From Eledone cirrhosa (taxonomy: Eukaryota): 64,000 nt of DNA. The stretch spans positions 164,424,001-164,488,000 of the forward strand of contig OZ024742.1 in the NCBI GenBank assembly GCA_964016885.1. The letters run 5' to 3'. Positions 27,301 through 41,749 of the stretch are shown piece after piece. The translations under genes and the position numbers were made by a program. The notes beneath the pieces were generated by a model. That model was not told the origin of the DNA. It ran no database searches and worked only from the letters and a program-made list of their open reading frames with translations. The stretch's first letter is position 1. Each line of letters begins with the position of its first letter.

Positions 27301-30300
27301 TTACAAATTATCTCCCCCCTGATTTTTTTTACAATCTCCGCCTGATTTTTTTAAAAATTATCTTGCCTTGGCTGGCGGGAAATTATCTCCCCTTGGACGG
27401 CTGGAAATTATATCCCCTTGGACGGCTGGAAATTACCTCCCCTTGGACAGCTGGAAATTATCTGCCCTTGATTTTGTTTTTACAAATTATCTCCCCCTGA
27501 TTTTTTTTACAAATTATCTCCACCTGATTTTTTAAAAAATTATCTCCCCTTGGACGGCTGGAAATTATCTCCCCTTGGACGGCTGATAATTATCTCCCCT
27601 TGGACGGCTGGAAATTATCTCCCCTTGATTTTTTTTACAAATTATCTCCCCCTGATTTTTTTTTACAAATTATCTCCCCCTGATTTTTTTTACAAATTAT
27701 CTCCGCCTGATTTTTTTAAATATTATCTTCCCTTGGCTGGCTGGAAATTATCTCCCCTTGGAGGCTGGAATTTATCTCCCCTTGGACGGCTAGAAATTAC
27801 CTCTCCTTGGACGGCTGGAAAATATTTCTCCTTGGACGGCTGGATATTATCTACCCTTGGACGGGTGGAAATTATCTCCCCTTGGACGGCTGGAAATTAT
27901 CTCCCCTTGGACGGCTAGATATTACCTCCCCTTGGACGACTGGAAATTATCTCCCCTTGATTTTTTTTACAAATTATCTCCCCCTGATTTTTTTTTTACA
28001 AATTATCTCCCCCTGATTTTTTTACAAATTATCTCCCCCTGATTTTTTTTACAAATTATCTCCGCCTGATTTTTTTAAATATTATCTTCTCTTGGCTGGC
28101 GGGAAATTATCTCCCCTTGGACGGCTGGAAATTATCTCCCCTTGATTTTTTTTACAAATTATCTCCCCCTGATTTTTTTTAAAAAATTATCTCCCCCTGA
28201 TTTTTTTTTACAAATTATCTCCCCCTGATTTTTTTTTACAAATTATCTCCCCCTGATTTTTTTTACAAATTATCTCCCCCTGATTTTTTTACAAATTATC
28301 TCCCCTTGGCTGGCTGGAAATTATCTCCCCTTGGACACTGTAAATTATAGCCCCTTGGAGGGCTGGAAATTATCTTACCTTGGACGGCTGGAAATTATCT
28401 CTGCTTGATTTTTTTTACAAATTATCTCCCCCTGATTTTTTTTTACAAATTATCCCCCCCGATTTTTTTTACAAATTATCTCCCCCTGATTTTTTTTACA
28501 AATTATCTCCCCTTGGACGGCTGGAAATTATCTCCCCTTGGACGGCTGGAAATTATCTCTCCTTGGACGGCTAGAAATTACCTCTCCTTGGACGACTGAA
28601 AATTATCTCCCCTTGGACGGCTGCAAATTATCTCCCCTTGATTTCTTTTACAAATTATCTCCGCCTGATTTTTTTTTTTAAATTATCTCCCCTTGGACGG
28701 CTGGAAATTACCTCCCCTTGGACGGCTGGAAATTATCTCCCCTTGGACGGCTAGAAATTACCTCTCATTGGACGGCTGAAAATTATCTCCCCTTGGACGG
28801 CTGGAAATTATCTCCCCTTGATTTTTTTTACAAATTATCTCCCCCTGATTTTTTTTTTACAAATTATCTCCGCCTGATTTTTTTTTAAAATTATCTCTCC
28901 TTGGACGGCTGGATATTATCTCCCCTTTCATTTTTTTTACAAATTATCTCCCCCTGATTTTTTTTTACAAATTATCTCCCCCTGATTTTTTTTTACAAAT
29001 TATCTACCCCTAATTTTTTTTTACAAATTATCTCCCCCTGATTTTTTTTACAAATTATCTCCCCCTGATTTTTTTTTTACAAATTATCTCCCCCTGATTT
29101 TTTTACAAATTATCTCCCCCTGATTTTTTTTACAAATTATCTCCGCCTGATTTTTTTAAATATTATCTTCTCTTGGCTGGCGGGAAATTATCTCCCCTTG
29201 GACGGCTGAAAATTATCTCCCCTTGGACGGCTGGAAATTATCTCCCCTTGATTTTTTTTACAAATTATCTCCCCCTGATTTTTTTTTACAAATTATCTCC
29301 CCCTGATTTTTTTTTACAAATTATCTCCCCCTGATTTTTTTTTACAAATTATCTCCCCCTGATTTTTTTTACAAATTATCTCCCCCTGATTTTTTTACAA
29401 ATTATCTCCCCTTGGCTGGCTGGAAATTATCTCCCCTTGGAGGCTGGAATTTATCTCCCCTTGGACGGCTAGAAATTACCTCTCCTTGGACGGCTGGAAA
29501 ATATGTCCTTGGACGGCTGGATATTATCTACCCTTGGTCGGCTGGAAATTATCTCCCCTTGATTTTTTTTACAAATTATCTCCCCCTGATTTTTTTTTAC
29601 AAATTATCTCCGCCTGATTTTTTTTTACAAATTATCTCCCCCTAATTTTTTTTACAAATTATCTCTCCCTGATCTTTTTTTACAAATTATCTCCCCCTGA
29701 TTTTTTTTTACCAATTATCTACCCCTGATTTTTTTTTACAAATTATCTCCCCCTTATTTTTTTTACAAATTATCTCCCCCTGATTTTTTTTACAAATTAT
29801 CTCCCCCTGATTTTTTTACAAATTATCTCCCCCCGATTTTTTTTACAAATTATATCCGCCTAATTTTTTAAATATTATCTATCCTTGGCTGGCGGGAAAT
29901 TATCTCCCCTTGGACGGCTGAAAATTTTCTCCCCTTGGACGGCTGGAAATTATCTCCCCTTGATTTTTTTACAAATTATCTCCCCCTGATTATTTTTTAC
30001 AAATTATCTCCCCCTGATTTTTTTTTACAAATTATCTCCCTCTGATTTTTTTTACAAATTATCTCCCCTTGGCTGGCTGGAAATTATCTCCCCTTGGAGG
30101 CTGGAATTTATCTCCCCTTGGACGGTTAGAAATTACCTCTCCTTGGACTGCTGGAAAATATGTCTCCTTGGACGGCTGGAAATTATCTCCCCTTGGACGG
30201 CTGGAAATTATCTCCCCTTGGACGGCTGGAAATTATCTCTCCTCGGACGACTAGAAATTACCTCTCCTTGGACAGCTGAAAATTATCTCCCCTTGGACGG

Positions 30301-33300
30301 CTGGAAATTATCTCCCCTTGATTTTTTTTACAAATTATCTCCCCCTGATTTAGTTTACAAATTATCTCCCCCTGATTTTTTTTTACAAATTATCTCCCCC
30401 TGATTTTTTTTACAAATTATCTCCCCCTGATATTTTTTACAAATTATCTCCCCCTGATTTTTTTACAAATTATCTCCCCTTGGCTGGCTGGAAATTATCT
30501 ACCCTTGGAGGCTGGAATTTATCTCCCCTTGGACGGCTAGAAATTACCTCGCCTTGGACGGCTGGAAAATATGTCTCCTTGGACGGCTGGAAATTATCTC
30601 CCCTTGGACGGCTGGAAATTATCTCCCCTTGGACGGCTGGAAATTATCTCCCCTTGGACGGCTAGATATTACCTCCCCTTGGACGGCTGGAAATTATCTC
30701 CCCTTGATTTTTTTTACAAATTATCTCCCCCTGATTTTTTTTTACAAATTATCTCCCCCTGATTTTTTTTTACGAAGTATCTCCCCCTGATTTTTTTTTA
30801 CAAATTATCTCCGCCTGATTTTTTTTAAAAAATTATCTCCCCTTGAACGGCTGGAAATTATCTCCCCTTGGACGGCTGGAAATTATCTCCCCTTGGACGG
30901 CTAGAAATTACCTCTCCTTGGACGGCTGAAAATTATCTCCCATTGGACGGCTGCAAATTATCTCCCCTTGATTTTTTAACAAATTATCTCCCCCTGATTT
31001 TTTTTTACAAATTATCTCCCCCTGATTTTTTTTTACAAATTATCTACGCCTAATTTTTTTTACAAATTATCTCCCCCTGATTTTTTTTTACAAATTATCT
31101 CCCCCTGATTTTTTTTACAAATTATCTCCCCCTGATTTTTTTTTACAAATTATTTCCCCCTGATTTTTTTACAAATTATCTCCCCCCTGATTTTTTTTAC
31201 AATCTCCGCCTGATTTTTTTAAAAATTATCTTCCCTTGGCTGGCGGGAAATTATCTCCCCTTGGACGGCTGGAAATTATATCCCCTTGGAAGGATGGAAA
31301 TTATCTCCCCTTGGACGGCTGGAAATTATCTCCCCTTGGACGGCTGGAAATTATCTCCCCTTGGACAGCTGGAAATTATCTGTCCTTGATTTTGTTTTTA
31401 CAAATTATCTCCCCCTGATTTTTTTTACAAATTATCTCCACCTGATTTTTTAAAAAATTATCTCCCCTTGGACGGCTGGAAATTATCTCCCCTTGATTTT
31501 TTTTACAAATTATCTCCCCCTGATTTTTTTTTACAAATTATCTCCCCCTGATTTTTTTTTAAAAATTATCTCCCCCTGATTTTTTTTTACAAATTATCTC
31601 ACCCTGATTTTTTTTACAAATTATCTCTCCCTGATTTTTTTACAAATTATCTCCCCTTGGCTGGCTGGAAATTATCTCCCCTTGGAGGCTGGAATTTATC
31701 TCCCCTTGGACGGCTAGAAATTACCTCTCCTTGGACGGCTGGAAAATATGTCTCCTTGGACGGCTGGATATTATCTACCCTTGGACGGCTGGAAATTATC
31801 TCCCCTTGGACGGCTGGAAATTATCTCCTCTTGGACGGCTAGATATTACCTCCCCTTGGACGGCTGGAAATTATCTCCCCTTGATTTTTTTACAAATTAT
31901 CTCCCCCTGATTTTTTTACAAATTATCTCCCCCTGATTTTTTTTACAAATTATCTCCGCCTAATTTTTTTAAATATTATCTTCCCTTGGCTGGCGGGAAA
32001 TTATCTCCCCTTGGACGGCTGAAAATTATCTCCCCTTGGACGGCTGGAAATTATCTCCCCTTGATTTTTTTTACAAATTATCTCCCCCTGATTTTTTTTT
32101 ACAAATTATCTCCCCCTGATTTTTTTTACAAATTATCTCCCCCTGATTTTTTTACAAATTATCTCCCCTTGGCTGGCTGGAAATTATCTCCCCTTGGAGG
32201 CTGGAATTTATCTCCCCTTGGACGGCTAGAAATTACCTCTCCTTGGAAGGCTGGAAAATATGTCCTTGGACGGCTGGATATTATCTACCCTTGGACGGCT
32301 GGAAATTATCTCCCCTTGGACGGCTGGAAATTATCTCCCCTTGGACGGCTAGATATTACCTCCCCTTGGACGGCTGAAAATTATCTCCCCTTGGACGGCT
32401 GGAAATTATCTCCCCTTGATTTTTTTTTACAAATTATCTCCCCCTGATTATTTTTTACAAATTATTCCCTGATTTTTTTTTTACAAATTATCTCCCCCTG
32501 ATTTTTTTTACAAATTATCTCCCCCTGATTTTTTTACAAATTATCTCCCCTTGGCTGGCTGGAAATTATCTCCCATTGGAGGCTGGAATTTATCTCCCCT
32601 TGGACGGTTAGAAATTACCTCCCCTTGGACGGCTGGAAAATATGTCTCCTTGGACGGCTGGAAATTATCGCGCCTTGGACGGCTGGAAATTATCTCCCCT
32701 TGGACGGCTGGAAATTATCTCTCATCGGACGGCTAGAAATTACCTCTCCTTGGACAGCTGAAAATTATCTCCCCTTGGACGGCTGGAAATTATCTCCCCT
32801 TGATTTTTTTTACAAATTATCTCCCCCTGATTTTTTTTTACAAATTATCTCCCCCTGATTTTTTTTTACAAATTATCTCCCCCTGATTTTTTTTTACAAA
32901 TTATCTCCCCCTGATATTTTTTACAAATTATCTCCCCCTGATTTTTTTACAAATTATCTCCCCTTGGCTGGCTGGAAATTATCTCCCCTTGGAGGCTGGA
33001 ATTTATCTCCCCTTGGACGGCTAGAAATTACCTCGCCTTGGACGGCTGGAAAATATGTCTCCTTGGACGGCTGGAAATTATCTCCCCTTGGACGGCTGGA
33101 AATTATCTCCCCTTGGACAGCTGGAAATTATCTCCCCTTGGACGGCTAGATATTACCTCCCCTTGGACGGCTGGAAATTATCTCCCCTTGATTTTTTTTA
33201 CAAATTATCTCCCCCTGATTTTTTTTTACAAATTATCTCCCCCTGATTTTTTTTTACGAATTATCTCCCCCCGATTTTTTTTTACAAATTATCTCCGCCT

Positions 33301-33490
33301 GATTTTTTTTTAAAAATTATCTCCCCTTGAACGGCTGGAATTTATCTCCCCTTGGACGGCTGGAAATTATCTCCCCTTGGACGGCTAGAAATTACCTCTC
33401 CTTGGACGGCTGAAAATTATCTCCCCTTGGACGGCTGCAAATTATCTCCCCTTGATTTTTTAACAAATTATCTCCCCCTGATTTTTTTTT
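18400..33490. repeat. Higher-order repeat family L, 2 x ~7538 bp
   Basis: Offset 7538-7539 for ORFs 18774/26312, 20012/27550, 20842/28380, 22530/30069, 24447/31986, 25813/33352 and for marker GGACACTGT (20793/28331). Ends are approximate. Confidence 0.93.
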
Positions 33491-36400
33491 ACAAATTATC
33501 TCCCCCTGATTTTTTTTTACAAATTATCTCCCCCTGATTTTTTTTTACAAATTATCTCCCCCTGATTTTTTTACAAATTATCTCCCCCTGATTTTTTTTA
33601 CAATCTCCGCCTGATTTTTTAAAAAATTATCTTCCCTTGGCTGGCGGGAAATTATCTCCCCTTGGACGGCTGGAAATTATCTCCCCTTGATTTTTTTACA
33701 AATTATCTCCCCCTGATTTTTTTTACAAATTATCTCCCCCTGATTTTATGTTACAAATTATCTCCCCCTGATTTTTTTACAAATTATCTCCCCCTGATTT
33801 TTTTTACAAATTATCTCCGCCTGATTTTTTTAAATATTATCTTCCCTTGGCTGGCGGGAAATTATCTCCCCTTGGACGGCTGGAAATTATCTCCCCTTGA
33901 TTTTTTTTACAAATTATCTCCCCCTGATTTTTTTTTACAAATTATCTCCCCCTGATTTTTTTTTACAAATTATCTCCCCCTGATTTTTTTTTACAAATTA
34001 TCTCCCCCTGATTTTTTTTTACAAATCTCCCCCTGATTTTTTTATAAATTATCTCCCCTTGGCTGGCTGGAAATTATCTCCCCTTGGAGGCTGGAATTTA
34101 TCTCCCCTTGGACGGCTAGAAATTACCTCTCCTTGGATGGCTGGAAAATATGTCTCCTTGGACGGCTGGATATTATCTACCCTTGGACGGCTGGAAATTA
34201 TCTCCCCTTGGACGGCTGGAAATTATCTCCCCTTGGACGGCTAGATATTACCTCCCATTGGACGGCTGGAAATTATCTCCCCTTGATTTTTTTTACAAAT
34301 TATCTCCCCCTGATTTTTTTTTACGAATTATCTCCCCCTGATTTTTTTTTACAAATTATCTCCGCCTGATTTTTTTTTTAAAATTATCTCCCCTTGAACG
34401 GCTGGAAATTATCTCCCCTTGGACGGCTGGAAATTATCTCCCCTTGGACGGCTAGAAATTACCTCTCCTTGGACTGCTGAAAATTATCTCCCCTTGGACG
34501 GCTGCAAATTATCTCCCCTTGATTTTTTTAACAAATTATCTCCCCCTGATTTTTTTTTACAAATTATCTCCCCCTGATTTTTTTTTACAAATTATCTACG
34601 CCTAATTTTTTTTACAAATTATCTCCCCCTGATTTTTTTTTACAAATTATCTCCCCCTGATTTTTTTTACAAATTATCTCCCCCTGATTTTTTTTACAAA
34701 TTATCTCCCCCTGATTTTTTTACAAATTATCTCCCCCCTGATTTTTTTTACAATCTCCGCCTGATTTTTTTAAAAATTATCTTCCCTTGGCTGGCGGGAA
34801 ATTATCTCCCCTTGGACGGCTGGAAATTATATCCCCTTGGAAGGATGGAAATTATCTCCCCTTGGACGGCTGGAAATTATCTCCCCTTGGACGGCTGGAA
34901 ATTACCTCCCCTTGGACAGCTGGAAATTATCTGCCCTTGATTTTGTTTTTACAAATTATCTCCCCCTGATTTTTTTTACAAATTATCTCCACCTGATTTT
35001 TTAAAAAATTATCTCCCCTTGGACGGCTGGAAATTATCTCCCCTTGGACGGCTGGAAATTATCTCCCCTTGATTTTTTTTACAAATTATCTCCCCCTGAT
35101 TTTTTTTTACAAATTATCTCCCCCTGATTTTTTTTACAAATTATCTCCCCCTGATTTTTTTTTACAAATTATTTCCCCCTGATTTTTTTACAAATTATCT
35201 CCCCCCTGATTTTTTTTACAATCTCCGCCTGATTTTTTTAAAAATTATCTTCCCTTGGCTGGCGGGAAATTATCTCCCCTTGGACGGCTGGAAATTATAT
35301 CCCCTTGGAAGGATGGAAATTATCTCCCCTTGGACGGCTGGAAATTATCTCCCCTTGGACGGCTGGAAATTATCTCCCCTTGGACAGCTGGAAATTATCT
35401 GCCCTTGATTTTGTTTTTACAAATTATCTCCCCCTGATTTTTTTTACAAATTATCTCCACCTGATTTTTTAAAAAATTATCTCCCCTTGGACGGCTGGAA
35501 ATTATCTCCCCTTGATTTTTTTTACAAATTATCTCCCCCTGATTTTTTTTTACAAATTATCTCCCCCTGATTTTTTTTACAAATTATCTCCCCCTGATTT
35601 TTTTTTACAAATTATCTCACCCTGATTTTTTTTACAAATTATCTCTCCCTGATTTTTTTACAAATTATCTCCCCTTGGCTGGCTGGAAATTATCTCCCCT
35701 TGGAGGCTGGAATTTATCTCCCCTTGGACGGCTAGAAATTACCTCTCCTTGGACGGCTGGAAAATATGTCTCCTTGGACGGCTGGATATTATCTACCCTT
35801 GGACGGCTGGAAATTATCTCCCCTTGGACGGCTGGAAATTATCTCCTCTTGGACGGCTAGATATTACCTCCCCTTGGACGGCTGGAAATTATCTCCCCTT
35901 GATTTTTTTACAAATTATCTCCCCCTGATTTTTTTACAAATTATCTCCCCCTGATTTTTTTTACAAATTATCTCCGCCTAATTTTTTTAAATATTATCTT
36001 CCCTTGGCTGGCGGGAAATTATCTCCCCTTGGACGGCTGAAAATTATCTCCCCTTGGACGGCTGGAAATTATCTCCCCTTGATTTTTTTTACAAATTATC
36101 TCCCCCTGATTTTTTTTTACAAATTATCTCCCCCTGATTTTTTTTACAAATTATCTCCTCCTGATTTTTTTACAAATTATCTCCCCTTGGCTGGCTGGAA
36201 ATTATCTCCCCTTGGAGGCTGGAATTTATCTCCCCTTGGACGGCTAGAAATTACCTCTCCTTGGAAGGCTGGAAAATATGTCCTTGGACGGCTGGATATT
36301 ATCTACCCTTGGACGGCTGGAAATTATCTCCCCTTGGACGGCTGGAAATTATCTCCCCTTGGACGGCTAGATATTACCTCCCCTTGGACGGCTGAAAATT

Positions 36401-39400
36401 ATCTCCCCTTGGACGGCTGGAAATTATCTCCCCTTGATTTTTTTTACAAATTATCTCCCCCTGATTATTTTTTACAAATTATCCCCTGATTTTTTTTTTA
36501 CAAATTATCTCCCCCTGATTTTTTTTACAAATTATCTCCCCCTGATTTTTTTACAAATTATCTCCCCTTGGCTGGCTGGAAATTATCTCCCATTGGAGGC
36601 TGGAATTTATCTCCCCTTGGACGGTTAGAAATTACCTCCCCTTGGACGGCTGGAAAATATGTCTCCTTGGACGGCTGGAAATTATCGCCCCTTGGACGGC
36701 TGGAAATTATCTCCCCTTGGACGGCTGGAAATTATCTCTCATCGGACGGCTAGAAATTACCTCTCCTTGGACAGCTGAAAATTATCTCCCCTTGGACGGC
36801 TGGAAATTATCTCCCCTTGATTTTTTTTACAAATTATCTCCCCCTGATTTTTTTTTACAAATTATCTCCCCCTGATTTTTTTTTACAAATTATCTCCCCC
36901 TGATTTTTTTTTACAAATTATCTCCCCCTGATATTTTTTACAAATTATCTCCCCCTGATTTTTTTACAAATTATCTCCCCTTGGCTGGCTGGAAATTATC
37001 TCCCCTTGGAGGCTGGAATTTATCTCCCCTTGGACGGCTAGAAATTACCTCGCCTTGGACGGCTGGAAAATATGTCTCCTTGGACGGCTGGAAATTATCT
37101 CCCCTTGGACGGCTGGAAATTATCTCCCCTTGGACAGCTGGAAATTATCTCCCCTTGGACGGCTAGATATTACCTCCCCTTGGACGGCTGGAAATTATCT
37201 CCCCTTGATTTTTTTTACAAATTATCTCCCCCTGATTTTTTTTTACAAATTATCTCCCCCTGATTTTTTTTTACGAATTATCTCCCCCCGATTTTTTTTT
37301 ACAAATTATCTCCGCCTGATTTTTTTTTTAAAATTATCTCCCCTTGAACGGCTGGAAATTATCTCCCCTTGGACGGCTGGAAATTATCTCCCCTTGGACG
37401 GCTAGAAATTACCTCTCCTTGGACGGCTGAAAATTATCTCCCCTTGGACGGCTGCAAATTATCTCCCCTTGATTTTTTAACAAATTATCTCCCCCTGATT
37501 TTTTTTTACAAATTATCTCCCCCTGATTTTTTTTTACAAATTATCTCCCCCTGATTTTTTTTTACAAATTATCTCCCCCTGATTTTTTTACAAATTATCT
37601 CCCCCTGATTTTTTTTACAATCTCCGCCTGATTTTTTAAAAAATTATCTTCCCTTGGCTGGCGGGAAATTATCTCCCCTTGGACGGCTGGAAATTATCTC
37701 CCCTTGGACGGCTGGAAATTATCTCCCCTTGGACAGCTGGAAATTATCTGCCCTTGATTTTGTTTTTACAAATTATCTCCCCCTGATTTTTTTTACAAAT
37801 TATCTCCACCTGATTTTTTAAAAAATTATCTCCCCTTGGACGGCTGGAAATTATCTCCCCTTGATTTTTTTACAAATTATCTCCCCCTGATTTTTTTTAC
37901 AAATGATCTCCCCCTGATTTTATGTTACAAATTATCTCCCCCTGATTTTTTTACAAATTATCTCCCCCTGATTTTTTTTACAAATTATCTCCGCCTGATT
38001 TTTTTAAATATTATCTTCCCTTGGCTGGCGGGAAATTATCTCCCCTTGGACGGCTGGAAATTATCTCCCCTTGATTTTTTTTACAAATTATCTCCCCCTG
38101 ATTTTTTTTTACAAATTATCTCCCCCTGATTTTTTTTTACAAATTATCTCCCCCTGATTTTTTTTTACAAATTATCTCCCCCTGATTTTTTTTTACAAAT
38201 CTCCCCCTGATTTTTTTATAAATTATCTCCCCTTGGCTGGCTGGAAATTATCTCCCCTTGGAGGCTGGAATTTATCTCCCCTTGGACGGCTAGAAATTAC
38301 CTCTCCTTGGATGGCTGGAAAATATGTCTCCTTGGACGGCTGGATATTATCTACCCTTGGACGGCTGGAAATTATCTCCCCTTGGACGGCTGGAAATTAT
38401 CTCCCCTTGGACGGCTAGATATTACCTCCCATTGGACGGCTGGAAATTATCTCCCCTTGATTTTTTTTACAAATTATCTCCCCCTGATTTTTTTTTACGA
38501 ATTATCTCCCCCTGATTTTTTTTTACAAATTATCTCCGCCTGATTTTTTTTTTAAAATTATCTCCCCTTGAACGGCTGGAAATTATCTCCCCTTGGACGG
38601 CTGGAAATTATCTCCCCTTGGACGGCTAGAAATTACCTCTCCTTGGACGGCTGAAAATTATCTCCCCTTGGACGGCTGCAAATTATCTCCCCTTGATTTT
38701 TTTAACAAATTATCTCCCCCTGATTTTTTTTTACAAATTATCTCCCCCTGATTTTTTTTACAAATTATCTACGCCTAATTTTTTTTACAAATTATCTCCC
38801 CCTGATTTTTTTTTACAAATTATCTCCCCCTGATTTTTTTTACAAATTATCTCCCCTTGGCTGGCTGGAAATTATCTCCCCTTGGAGGCTGGAATTTATC
38901 TCCCCTTGGACGGTAAGAAATTACCTCTCCTTGGACTGCTGGAAAATATGTCTCCTTGGACGGCTGGAAATTATCTCCCCTTGGACGGCTGGAAATTATC
39001 TCCCCTTGGACGGCTGGAAATTATCTCTCCTCGGACGACTAGAAATTACCTCTCCTTGGACAGCTGAAAATTATCTCCCCTTGGACGGCTGGAAATTATC
39101 TCCCCTTGATTTTTTTTACAAATTATCTCCCCCTGATTTATTTTACAAATTATCTCCCCCTGATTTTTTTTTACAAATTATCTCCCCCTGATTTTTTTTA
39201 CAAATTATCTCCCCCTGATATTTTTTACAAATTATCTCCCCCTGATTTTTTTACAAATTATCTCCCCTTGGCTGGCTGGAAATTATCTACCCTTGGAGGC
39301 TGGAATTTATCTCCCCTTGGACGGCTAGAAATTACCTCGCCTTGGACGGCTGGAAAATATGTCTCCTTGGACGGCTGGAAATTATCTCCCCTTGGACGGC

Positions 39401-41749
39401 TGGAAATTATCTCCCCTTGGACGGCTGGAAATTATCTCCCCTTGGACGGCTAGATATTACCTCCCCTTGGACGGCTGGAAATTATCTCCCCTTGATTTTT
39501 TTTACAAATTATCTCCCCCTGATTTTTTTTTACAAATTATCTCCCCCTGATTTTTTTTTACGAAGTATCTCCCCCTGATTTTTTTTTACAAATTATCTCC
39601 GCCTGATTTTTTTTTTAAAATTATCTCCCCTTGAACGGCTGGAAATTATCTCCCCTTGGACGGCTGGAAATTATCTCCCCTTGGACGGCTAGAAATTACC
39701 TCTCCTTGGACGGCTGAAAATTATCTCCCATTGGACGGCTGCAAATTATCTCCCCTTGATTTTTTAACAAATTATCTCCCCCTGATTTTTTTTTACAAAT
39801 TATCTCCCCCTGATTTTTTTTTACAAATTATCTACGCCTAATTTTTTTTACAAATTATCTCCCCCTGATTTTTTTTTACAAATTATCTCCCCCTGATTTT
39901 TTTTACAAATTATCTCCCCCTGATTTTTTTTTACAAATTATTTCCCCCTGATTTTTTTACAAATTATCTCCCCCCTGATTTTTTTTACAATCTCCGCCTG
40001 ATTTTTTTAAAAATTATCTTCCCTTGGCTGGCGGGAAATTATCTCCCCTTGGACGGCTGGAAATTATATCCCCTTGGAAGGATGGAAATTATCTCCCCTT
40101 GGACGGCTGGAAATTATCTCCCCTTGGACGGCTGGAAATTATCTCCCCTTGGACAGCTGGAAATTATCTGTCCTTGATTTTGTTTTTACAAATTATCTCC
40201 CCCTGATTTTTTTTACAAATTATCTCCACCTGATTTTTTAAAAAATTATCTCCCCTTGGACGGCTGGAAATTATCTCCCCTTGATTTTTTTTACAAATTA
40301 TCTCCCCCTGATTTTTTTTACAAATTATCTCCCCCTGATTTTTTTTTACAAATTATCTCCCCCTGATTTTTTTTTACAAATTATCTCACCCTGATTTTTT
40401 TTACAAATTATCTCTCCCTGATTTTTTTACAAATTATCTCCCCTTGGCTGGCTGGAAATTATCTCCCCTTGGAGGCTGGAATTTATCTCCCCTTGGACGG
40501 CTAGAAATTACCTCTCCTTGGACGGCTGGAAAATATGTCTCCTTGGACGGCTGGATATTATCTACCCGTGGACGGCTGGAAATTATCTCCCCTTGGACGG
40601 CTGGAAATTATCTCCTCTTGGACGGCTAGATATTACCTCCCCTTGGACGGCTGGAAATTATCTCCCCTTGATTTTTTTACAAATTATCTCCCCCTGATTT
40701 TTTTACAAATTATCTCCCCCTGATTTTTTTTACAAATTATCTCCGCCTAATTTTTTTAAATATTATCTTCCCTTGGCTGGCGGGAAATTATCTCCCCTTG
40801 GACGGCTGAAAATTATCTCCCCTTGGACGGCTGGAAATTATCTCCCCTTGATTTTTTTTACAAATTATCTCCCCCTGATTTTTTTTTACAAATTATCTCC
40901 CCCTGATTTTTTTTACAAATTATCTCCCCCTGATTTTTTTACAAATTATCTCCCCTTGGCTGGCTGGAAATTATCTCCCCTTGGAGGCTGGAATTTATCT
41001 CCCCTTGGACGGCTAGAAATTACCTCTCCTTGGAAGGCTGGAAAATATGTCCTTGGACGGCTGGATATTATCTACCCTTGGACGGCTGGAAATTATCTCC
41101 CCTTGGACGGCTGGAAATTATCTCCCCTTGGACGGCTAGATATTACCTCCCCTTGGACGGCTGAAAATTATCTCCCCTTGGACGGCTGGAAATTATCTCC
41201 CCTTGATTTTTTTTACAAATTATCTCCCCCTGATTATTTTTTACAAATTATCCCCTGATTTTTTTTTTACAAATTATCTCCCCCTGATTTTTTTTACAAA
41301 TTATCTCCCCCTGATTTTTTTACAAATTATCTCCCCTTGGCTGGCTGGAAATTATCTCCCATTGGAGGCTGGAATTTATCTCCCCTTGGACGGTTAGAAA
41401 TTACCTCCCCTTGGACGGCTGGAAAATATGTCTCCTTGGACGGCTGGAAATTATCGCCCCTTGGATGGCTGGAAATTATCTCCCCTTGGACGGCTGGAAA
41501 TTATCTCTCATCGGACGGCTAGAAATTACCTCTCCTTGGACAGCTGAAAATTATCTCCCCTTGGACGGCTGGAAATTATCTCCCCTTGATTTTTTTTACA
41601 AATTATCTCCCCCTGATTTTTTTTTACAAATTATCTCCCCCTGATTTTTTTTTACAAATTATCTCCCCCTGATTTTTTTTTACAAATTATCTCCCCCTGA
41701 TATTTTTTACAAATTATCTCCCCCTGATTTTTTTACAAATTATCTCCCC
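33490..41749. repeat. Mosaic transition zone between HOR families L and R
   Basis: 34059-37260 matches 42898-46100 (offset 8839-8841). About 38860-41750 matches 22530-25425 (offset ~16327). Internal offsets of 4174 (34059/38233) and 4769 (35675/40444). Confidence 0.82.
34787..35700. repeat. Local ~468-bp tandem duplication carrying cassette III
   Basis: Paired cassette III starts at 34787/35255, 43626/44095, 51049/51518 and 58445/58914 (offset 468-469). Confidence 0.75.
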
